Below, in pieces: positions 17,779 through 25,336 of a stretch of 44,079 bases of DNA. The notes below the pieces were generated by a model that had not been told where the DNA came from, did not search any database, and saw nothing but the letters and a program-made list of their open reading frames with translations. The position numbers were made by a program, and so were the translations under genes. The stretch is from Pseudomonadales bacterium. Lineage in GTDB: Bacteria > Pseudomonadota > Gammaproteobacteria > Pseudomonadales > Moraxellaceae. Each line of letters starts with the position of its first letter. Positions within the stretch are counted from its first letter, which is position 1. Location of the stretch: positions 1 through 44,079 of the forward strand of contig JABEVH010000207.1 in NCBI GenBank assembly GCA_013043915.1, written 5' to 3'.

Positions 17779-19201
17779 GTTCCATATGGGTGAGGGAATA
17801 GAGCAGTACCAGTATCGTTAAAATCAGCCAGGTCAGGTTGGGTTGCCAGCGCAGAATGCCTGGTGATTGGTGTGGATTGAGTATTTCTTGGCTGTTGGGT
17901 GCCCAAAAGGAAATGCACATTAGACAGAGTATCCAACGCCACACCGGGCTACGTAGAGGAAATAAGACCTCAGGGGATGAAGCATCAGGGTGTACCATGC
18001 TGGAAACTAGGACCAGGGCACTAGGTATGTTATCGGCCCTGAAAAATACCCAGGCTATCACCACAGCGGTGAAGGTGAGTAGCCCCCCGGCCAGGTTAAG
18101 CCAGCGAGCGGCCGGCACGCCTGAGTATTTCATCCATAAATGACGCCAGCCGTGGTTGATCATGAGGTAGATGCCGTGTAAAGCGCCCCAGATCACAAAG
18201 GTCCAGCCAGCTCCATGCCACAAACCACCCAATAACATGGTCAGTAAGAGGTTGACGTAGCGTCTTAATGTGCCGTGCCGATTGCCTCCCAGGGAGATAT
18301 AGAGATAATCTCTAAGAAATCGTGACAAGGTCATATGCCAGCGTCGCCAGAAATCAATGATATTGAACGATTTATAGGGGGAATTAAAGTTCAGGGGGAG
18401 TTCAATGCCCAGGATGCGCGAGATGCCTAAGGCCATATCCGTGTATCCGGAAAAATCAAAGTACAATTGAAATGTATAAGCAAGGGCTCCCCCCCAGGCA
18501 TCAGCTGCGTGCAGGTGGCTCTGCTGGGAGGCTGCAGAAAAAATGGTATTGACGAAGGGTGAGATGCTATCAGCGATAACAACTTTTTTAAAAAGTCCTA
18601 GGGTAAAAAGAGTTAATCCAGTTGCCCAGTTTTCCCAGTTAATGCTAAAGGTTTCTTTTTTCGAGAATTGTGGCATCATTTCTTTATGATGCAGTATGGG
18701 ACCAGCGATCAGGTGGGGAAAATAGGTGACAAACAGTCCGTAATGGATAATATTGGCTTCACGTACTTCATGACGATAAGCATCAACGAGAAAAGCAATT
18801 TGTGTAAATGTAAAAAATGAAATACCCAGGGGTAAGACTATATTCGGTAAAGGCCACGATGTTCCCATTAAATTATTGATATTGATAACCAGGAAATTTC
18901 CGTATTTGTAGTAGGCAAGCAGACCAAGATTGCCGGTTATGCCAAGTATAAAAGTCCAATGTCGCTGGCGAGGGCGTTGCTGACCATGCTGGCTGATGAG
19001 ATAACGTCCGATTGAATAATTGAAAAATATGGATGCCAGTAATAGCGGGATATAGGCAGGATTCCACCATCCATAAAAGAATAATGATGCTGCTAGCAGC
19101 CAGATCAGAGCCAGGTGGTGTCGATATTTTCCCAGTATAAAAAATATAACGACAACAACGGGAAGGTAGGCAAATATAAATGTAAATGAGTTAAATAGCA
19201 T
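17747..19201 (-). CDS. MBOAT-family O-acyltransferase (AlgI/DltB/PatA-like)
   Basis: It is polytopic and carries the hallmark FWRRWHMTLSRFLRDYLYISLGGNR, with the conserved His block of AlgI/DltB-type MBOATs. Confidence 0.85.
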   Translation of the reverse strand: MLFNSFTFIFAYLPVVVVIFFILGKYRHHLALIWLLAASLFFYGWWNPAYIPLLLASIFFNYSIGRYLISQHGQQRPRQRHWTFILGITGNLGLLAYYKYGNFLVININNLMGTSWPLPNIVLPLGISFFTFTQIAFLVDAYRHEVREANIIHYGLFVTYFPHLIAGPILHHKEMMPQFSKKETFSINWENWATGLTLFTLGLFKKVVIADSISPFVNTIFSAASQQSHLHAADAWGGALAYTFQLYFDFSGYTDMALGISRILGIELPLNFNSPYKSFNIIDFWRRWHMTLSRFLRDYLYISLGGNRHGTLRRYVNLLLTMLLGGLWHGAGWTFVIWGALHGIYLMINHGWRHLWMKYSGVPAARWLNLAGGLLTFTAVVIAWVFFRADNIPSALVLVSSMVHPDASSPEVLFPLRSPVWRWILCLMCISFWAPNSQEILNPHQSPGILRWQPNLTWLILTILVLLYSLTHMELVSEFLYFQF

Positions 19202-19267
19202 GAATGCCTGTTATGCAGTTTGCTTCCTGGAGAAAAACGTAATATGGGTGGTGCATGATGCGGTGTT

Positions 19268-19924
19268 TTATGGCATCTGTTTTGCTTTGGCAAGAATAAA
19301 AAAGTGTGAGTGCATCATGTCGTTGCCTCGCCATAAAGTTAATGCATTAAGTATTTTAAATTTCCAGCTTTTTGTTGTTCCCCATCCAATGACCGAGGTA
19401 GGTTCAAAACCGGCGCGATCTAGCAGGGTCAGCATGGTTTTGCGGGTAAAAAAACGTAGATGAGTACGATCTAAAAGTCCAGAGTCAGTATATTCAAAAT
19501 CCTGAGATTGAAGCAGGTTCCATAGAAGACGATATTGCCGTAGATTGGGGATAGAACAAAATATGCGGGCATCTTGGGTTAGTTTTTGTTTTAGCCCTGC
19601 CAGGAAGGCTTCTGGCCAGATAAGATGCTCTATCACATCATTCAGGCAAATGAGGTTGAAATAATCATCGGGCAGCGCTCCCAAGGCGTTGGAGGCATCG
19701 CCAGGAATGACACGATTAAGTAAACTGGATGCTACCGCCGCTGATTTTTCATCATACTCCATGCCCCAAATTTCCTGATAACCACGTTCACGTTTTAGCA
19801 TGGCGGCAAAGCCACCTTCACCACAGCCTACGTCGAGCAATCGATCACCCAGCATAGGGATGTAGGGCAATAGCTCACGCCTCTCACCTTGGTAGTAGGT
19901 ATCATCTGGACGTGACTTATTCAT
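19268..19924 (-). CDS. Class I SAM-dependent methyltransferase
   Basis: It has motif I LLDVGCGEGGF and post-I/II blocks (...LICLNDVIEHL). Its 218 aa is a typical Methyltransf_11/23 size. Confidence 0.8.
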   Translation of the reverse strand: MNKSRPDDTYYQGERRELLPYIPMLGDRLLDVGCGEGGFAAMLKRERGYQEIWGMEYDEKSAAVASSLLNRVIPGDASNALGALPDDYFNLICLNDVIEHLIWPEAFLAGLKQKLTQDARIFCSIPNLRQYRLLWNLLQSQDFEYTDSGLLDRTHLRFFTRKTMLTLLDRAGFEPTSVIGWGTTKSWKFKILNALTLWRGNDMMHSHFFILAKAKQMP

Positions 19925-20096
19925 GAGATTTTAGTTTCGCGATGAATTTGAGGAGATGATAACCATATCGTAAACGTTAGTATTATTAAAGATGATATTG
20001 AATGTTGCATAGGGTAAGGATACTTGGGAATTTGTCAACTTTACAATGACATAACCCAGGTGGCCACTTATAATCCCTGCCCATCATCGATGTGAT

Positions 20097-21497
20097 ATGA
20101 GTGTAGCCATGAGCCAGTTGGACAAACTCTGGGGTGGGCGTTTTCAGGAGCCTACAGACAAATTTGTTGAGGCCTTCACCGCTTCTGTGAGTTTTGATCA
20201 ACGCCTGTATCGCCACGACATACAAGGTTCCGTGGCCCATGCCCGCATGTTGCAGTCCGTCGGTGTGCTGACGGAAGCTGAGTGCTTAAGTATTGTCAAA
20301 GGGTTACAGGAAATCCTTGCCGAGATTGAAGCAGGTAGCTTTGAGTGGCGGCAGGATCTTGAAGATGTGCATATGAACATTGAGTCACGCCTGACCAGTC
20401 GCATTGGTGATGCGGGTAAAAGATTACATACGGGGCGTTCACGTAACGACCAAGTGGCCACCGATATTCGCCTTTACCTGCGCGATGCGGTGGATAGATT
20501 GATGCTACAGCTGCGGCAGTTGATGGAAGGCCTGATCAATTTGGCGGAGCTGGAGGCAGATACCATCATGCCAGGGTTCACGCACCTGCAAACGGCCCAA
20601 CCGATTACCTTGGGGCATCACCTTCTGGCTTGGTTTGAAATGCTGATGCGTGACCTGGAGCGTTTTATCGACCTGCGCAGACGCATTAATCGCATGCCCT
20701 TGGGAGCAGCAGCCCTCGCAGGAACCAGCTACCCCATCGATCGGGCCCTGACAGCAAGCCTTCTGGGTTTTGAAGCGGTATGTGAAAATTCTCTGGATGC
20801 AGTTTCAGACCGTGATTTTGCCATTGAATTTGCTGCAGCCAGCAGTTTGGTGATGATGCATTTATCACGTTTTTCTGAGGAATTGGTACTCTGGTCGTCA
20901 GCCCAGTTTGGATTTGTCGATTTGCCAGATCGATTCTGTACAGGATCTTCGATCATGCCGCAGAAAAAGAATCCGGATGTCCCTGAGCTGGTGCGTGGCA
21001 AGACGGGGAGAGTATACGGACACCTGATGTCGCTACTGACCCTGATGAAGTCACAACCCCTAGCTTATAACAAGGATAATCAGGAAGACAAAGAGCCTAT
21101 CTTTGATACGATCGATACCCTGGCAGGTTGTCTGCGTGCCTTTGCCGATATGATCCCGCACTTAAAGCCTCAGCGTCAGCGCATGCGCCAAGCCGCCTTG
21201 CAGGGATATGCCACAGCAACGGATTTGGCTGATTATCTGGTGCGCAAAAACATACCCTTTCGTGACGCTCATGAAATTGTGGGTAAAGCTGTGCGCTATG
21301 GGGTAGACCAGGGATGGGATCTATCGGTGATGAGCCTGGATCAATTGCGTCAATTTTCTCCCGTCATCGAGCAGGATGTTTTCGAGGTACTGACGCTGGA
21401 AGGTTCGGTTGCATTGCGCAAGCATCGTGGTGGGACGGCTCCCGAGCGCGTACGTCAAGCAGTCAAGGAAGCGCGAGACCGTTTGCGTGGGATCTAG
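20097..21497 (+). CDS. argH: Argininosuccinate lyase
   Basis: KLWGGRF at the N-terminus, SRNDQV, and the fumarate-lyase signature [12 protein letters not shown] are all present. An alternative start is ATG 20109. Confidence 0.95.
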   Translation: MSVAMSQLDKLWGGRFQEPTDKFVEAFTASVSFDQRLYRHDIQGSVAHARMLQSVGVLTEAECLSIVKGLQEILAEIEAGSFEWRQDLEDVHMNIESRLTSRIGDAGKRLHTGRSRNDQVATDIRLYLRDAVDRLMLQLRQLMEGLINLAELEADTIMPGFTHLQTAQPITLGHHLLAWFEMLMRDLERFIDLRRRINRMPLGAAALAGTSYPIDRALTASLLGFEAVCENSLDAVSDRDFAIEFAAASSLVMMHLSRFSEELVLWSSAQFGFVDLPDRFCTGSSIMPQKKNPDVPELVRGKTGRVYGHLMSLLTLMKSQPLAYNKDNQEDKEPIFDTIDTLAGCLRAFADMIPHLKPQRQRMRQAALQGYATATDLADYLVRKNIPFRDAHEIVGKAVRYGVDQGWDLSVMSLDQLRQFSPVIEQDVFEVLTLEGSVALRKHRGGTAPERVRQAVKEARDRLRGI

Positions 21498-21499
21498 TT

Positions 21500-22036
21500 T
21501 CAGCGTGCACAGTCCTTTAGGTGGGCTCGGTATAAAATCTGTTTGACCAGCAGTGCCGTGATGGGAAAGCCCAGTATCAGGGCCACAAATGTGGCTCGAT
21601 CAAGGCCAAGTACTGCAAGATAAGCCAAGGCTACACCGATGCCAGAGTCCATCTGGTCAAGCAGCGTAAATGCCAGCGTAAACCGGCTTGATGTTGCTCC
21701 GGGAGGAATGCCTAATCGCCGCTTCAGAAACGAGTTGGGAAGCTCGGCAAGTACATAACCCAGCCCAGCTGCTAGTCCAGCCAGCAGCATAGGGTGGTGA
21801 TGGTAAGGAGAGTGGGGAACCCATTTATCCCACGGCAGTAACAACAGCGTGCCTAACATGCAAAATAGAGGCATTAGTATCAGGCCGCGCCAGGTTTTAT
21901 TTTGTCCGAAGCTGCGAATATGCAGGGGACGTGCGAGTGAAGGCAGCCATTGCCAGGTCACGGCCATCATGTGCAAGACACCAGCGAAGATCACAGGTAT
22001 GAGTAAATAGAAGGCGAGTAAGACAGTTTGCAGCAT
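21500..22036 (-). CDS. CDP-archaeol synthase-like (CarS / DUF46 family) integral membrane cytidylyltransferase
   Basis: It is 178 aa with about 5 TM helices. The blocks GQNKTWRGL and NSFLKRRLGIPPG...LLDQMD correspond to the GDGKTWRG and SFIKRRxG...DQ blocks of archaeal CarS as I recall them. Its start overlaps the upstream stop by 1 nt (TGATG). Confidence 0.7.
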   Translation of the reverse strand: MLQTVLLAFYLLIPVIFAGVLHMMAVTWQWLPSLARPLHIRSFGQNKTWRGLILMPLFCMLGTLLLLPWDKWVPHSPYHHHPMLLAGLAAGLGYVLAELPNSFLKRRLGIPPGATSSRFTLAFTLLDQMDSGIGVALAYLAVLGLDRATFVALILGFPITALLVKQILYRAHLKDCAR

Positions 22037-22659
22037 CAGCTAGCTCTGCCGGTAAGATCCAGAATCAAAAAAAGTAATGCCCCTCCTAACGTTAATGAGA
22101 GTATTTGCCAAAGACGTGTGAACTTGAAAAATGGCCGGTGTAAAAGCATGGCGTGACTAAATAGCAGTAGCAAGATCAGGGTAAGCAGACGCCATAGGTT
22201 GAGAGTCATGATGCCGTGGATGAGCAGCATGGCTGCCAGCAGAAACAGGCTCCAGAATACCGGCATGCCACGGTAGGCTAACCCCCCCCGTGCATCTTCG
22301 ATATTGCCGGTGTCATTGAATACCGCCAAGCGTATTAGACCACAGCCGACCATGAGTATCAGGCCCACAGACCAGAACCCATTAAAACCTTCACCATACA
22401 GGATGAGTGCGGGGCTTAGCAGGTAGATCAGCACATCCATAAAACCATCAAGATAACGGCCAAAAGGACGTACCAGGCCGAGGTGTCTTGCCAGCATACC
22501 GTCAAGGGCATCACCGAGCATGGCTAAAAAAAGCAGGCTGGTTGCCAGCAAGGGGCGATGGGCCAGGCTGAGTGCCATGGCCAGCATGGTGGTGGGTACG
22601 GCGCTTAAGGTAATGAGGTCAACACGATTCAGGCGAACCAGGTAGTAGGGCGAGTTCAT
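22036..22659 (-). CDS. CDP-alcohol phosphatidyltransferase family protein
   Basis: It matches the family motif D-x2-D-G-x2-A-R-x8-G-x3-D-x3-D exactly: DALDGMLARHLGLVRPFGRYLDGFMD. It is a polytopic membrane protein. Confidence 0.85.
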   Translation of the reverse strand: MNSPYYLVRLNRVDLITLSAVPTTMLAMALSLAHRPLLATSLLFLAMLGDALDGMLARHLGLVRPFGRYLDGFMDVLIYLLSPALILYGEGFNGFWSVGLILMVGCGLIRLAVFNDTGNIEDARGGLAYRGMPVFWSLFLLAAMLLIHGIMTLNLWRLLTLILLLLFSHAMLLHRPFFKFTRLWQILSLTLGGALLFLILDLTGRAS

Positions 22660-24218
22660 GCAGGGCGCCTCGCGTTTAAAGACATCTGGCGTAAGGCCGG
22701 GCGATCAATTTTACTCTGATGCCGACCATCGAGGGGCATGGTGTCGATACGAGTTATGGCAATTGTTTCCAGGCTCATCGAGCTCAGCTGCTCATGTACC
22801 TGTTGATCTGGTGTTGAACCTTGCAAGACTAGCAGAGGACGGTCCTGATGCTTAATAAGAGCACAGCGTTCCATGCCAGGCAGGCTATCAATACGCTTTT
22901 CTATAGGATAGGGCCAAAATACTTGACCTGCATGTTCCACAGAGTCACGAAGACGACCTACCAGCCATAATCTGTTCATATCATCCAGATAACCCGCATC
23001 CCCGGTGCGGTGCCAGACACTACCATCGGCTCGCGGTAGCTTGCTTTCCTGCGTGGCTTGGGGATTGTCCACATACCTTTGCAGCACATGCGCGCCACTG
23101 ACGAGAACTTCGCCTATTTGCCCCGAGGGGCAATATTGCTGGCTGGCAATCTCATCAACGGTATAATCCTGATTTAAGGGCCAGATAGCTATTTCAGCCA
23201 GGTCAGCAGCACGTCCTACGAGGTAACCTTCACCGAAATCCCCCTCTTCAACGAGCTCTCGGCAAGGGAGTGTTGCTATAGGTTCAGCTTCGGTTGAACC
23301 GTAGACAGCGATGACCTCAGCGTGAGAAAAAAGCTGTAGCAGTGATTTAGCCAGATGGGTGGACACGGAGGAACCACCAACAGCGACCTGACGAATCTTG
23401 GGAAGTCGCCCATTAGCTTGCTGAGCATAGTGGCAAAGCCGGTTCATGAATCCCGGGGCCCCTGAGAGACGTGTGACACCTGATCGTTGCAGTTGTTCAA
23501 ACAATCTAGCAGCATCAAATTCGGCGGGATGAGCCAAGTCGATGGCAGGTAATACGGTCGGTAGGCCACAACAGAGATTGTGTAGCACCATGACCGGAAA
23601 GCAGGTGCAATCTACATCATCGTCTTGATCCTGCCAGTGCTGACGCATGGCATGATGTTGCGCTAACAGGCTGGTGTGGGTACGGTCAGCCCCTTTAGGG
23701 CGTCCTGTGCTGCCTGAGGTAAATGTAATCAACCCGTGCGCCTGATGCGGTAAGGGTTGGGCGCGGGCTGCTGCCTGTTGACTCAGGTCTAGACGGCGTA
23801 CTCCCCTTGACTGTCCATCGAAGGCCAGTCGACGCATACGCCAGAGCGGGGGTACTAACCACCACGAGCGCAGCAACGACAGCTCACCCATCGCAAAACG
23901 AGCGCCACTGCTGGAGATGGCAGAGAGTATGCGCGAGCGGCTCATTCCCCGATCAAGCAGTACGGCTACCATGCCTAAACCGAGGAGGGCCAGGGTGAGA
24001 ACGTAGAGCTCATAGCGTACACGCGAAAGAATCAGGACACGATCGCCTGCATGCCCACCAGCCTGTTGCAGGGCGTGTTGGTAGCACCCTATATCCTGAA
24101 TCAGGGACTGGTAGGTCCAGCTATGTTCCTGTCCTGATTCATCAGGTAGCGTTAAAGCTATACGGTCAGGGTGTTCCTGGCCAGCTAGAAGGATAGGGCT
24201 CAACAGATTTTTGTTCAT
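22656..24218 (-). CDS. Adenylate-forming enzyme (AMP-dependent synthetase/ligase superfamily)
   Basis: The core motifs are TFTSGSTGRPKG (A3), YGSTEAEP (A5), HRTGD (A7) and the C-terminal lysine block DGRHQSKIDR (A10). Confidence 0.85.
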   Translation of the reverse strand: MNKNLLSPILLAGQEHPDRIALTLPDESGQEHSWTYQSLIQDIGCYQHALQQAGGHAGDRVLILSRVRYELYVLTLALLGLGMVAVLLDRGMSRSRILSAISSSGARFAMGELSLLRSWWLVPPLWRMRRLAFDGQSRGVRRLDLSQQAAARAQPLPHQAHGLITFTSGSTGRPKGADRTHTSLLAQHHAMRQHWQDQDDDVDCTCFPVMVLHNLCCGLPTVLPAIDLAHPAEFDAARLFEQLQRSGVTRLSGAPGFMNRLCHYAQQANGRLPKIRQVAVGGSSVSTHLAKSLLQLFSHAEVIAVYGSTEAEPIATLPCRELVEEGDFGEGYLVGRAADLAEIAIWPLNQDYTVDEIASQQYCPSGQIGEVLVSGAHVLQRYVDNPQATQESKLPRADGSVWHRTGDAGYLDDMNRLWLVGRLRDSVEHAGQVFWPYPIEKRIDSLPGMERCALIKHQDRPLLVLQGSTPDQQVHEQLSSMSLETIAITRIDTMPLDGRHQSKIDRPALRQMSLNARRPA

Positions 24219-25336
24219 GTACGTAGATTCCCGCAGTACAGCGCGTAATGATGCATACGGGTCGTACCATGACGCTGAGCAAAATGAGCCGATGCATTAT
24301 CTTCTCGTACCAGAGCCGCAGCAATCTGCTCATAATGCCCTTGGGCTCGCAAGGTCAGCTCGCAGCTCATGGCGGTGAATAACCCCATGTCCCGGTAATC
24401 GGGATGAACGGCCGCCGTGCGAGCCAGTAACCGACGTGGATGGGGTAACTCGGACCGATGCCTGTCATAGTGCAAAGCTGATAAAGATATCGGCCTTGTT
24501 CCGTGCACGCGCAAAAGTGGGCTGTAGTCAGGATAGGCCAGAAAGAAACCGGCAATAGCACCATCGCTGGTTTCTGCTCTTAGGGAGGTCAGTGGGCAAA
24601 ATCGATCAGCAAAGGGATGACCACAATGATTACGAAAGGCTTTCAAAGATAGCGGCGTATATGCAAAATTGTCGGCAAATGACTGTTGAACAAAATCATA
24701 GAGCTGATCCAGATCCCTTAACCAGTCCTCAGGCAGCATGGGTAGCAAGCGGACTTTTCCTTGCATGCGCTTATTGACGCGTTCAAGGTCCTTGCGAACA
24801 TTGACCACGGTATCTTCTACCGAGGTAAAGGTGGAGAGATAACGGTAACAGGAGGTTAGGCCCAACGATTGCATGAGCTCAGCATAGTAGGGTGGATTCC
24901 AGGGCTCTCCGGGAAATGCACCTGCCTCGAAAGCATCGAGACGCACACGGTAAGCCCCGTAGGTGGTAAAATTGATAGGTCCATAAATTTTCTTCGCCCC
25001 TTTAGCTTCAGCCCAGGTTTTTAGTGCGTTAAATAATGTTGCATTGGCCTCAGGTACATTCATGGTTTCCCAATAACCAAAGAATGCAGCCTGTTCACCC
25101 TGAATAAGCTGCCCAGGCAGTATAAAGCCAGCCAGTCGAGCCTGATGCGGAATCAGTCCCACCCAAGCATGCCCCTGCTCAAACCAGGTATTGGCAACAC
25201 TAAAGGCTTGTTGTACCGATGCAGAGTCTTCACCCAACCAATAGGGATCCTCTGCATAAATCTGAGCAGGCAGATCAAGGAAGTCTGCAGGTAGCGAGTC
25301 CTGCGCAGGATCCCAGGTACCTTGCCATAGCATCAT
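24215..25336 (-). CDS. Hypothetical protein, possible GNAT-fold acyltransferase
   Basis: It is 373 aa and soluble. The C-terminal segment LARTAAVHPDYRDMGLFTAM resembles GNAT motif A (V.P.YRG.G). It overlaps both neighbours by 4 nt. The function is uncertain. Confidence 0.45.
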   Translation of the reverse strand: MMLWQGTWDPAQDSLPADFLDLPAQIYAEDPYWLGEDSASVQQAFSVANTWFEQGHAWVGLIPHQARLAGFILPGQLIQGEQAAFFGYWETMNVPEANATLFNALKTWAEAKGAKKIYGPINFTTYGAYRVRLDAFEAGAFPGEPWNPPYYAELMQSLGLTSCYRYLSTFTSVEDTVVNVRKDLERVNKRMQGKVRLLPMLPEDWLRDLDQLYDFVQQSFADNFAYTPLSLKAFRNHCGHPFADRFCPLTSLRAETSDGAIAGFFLAYPDYSPLLRVHGTRPISLSALHYDRHRSELPHPRRLLARTAAVHPDYRDMGLFTAMSCELTLRAQGHYEQIAAALVREDNASAHFAQRHGTTRMHHYALYCGNLRT

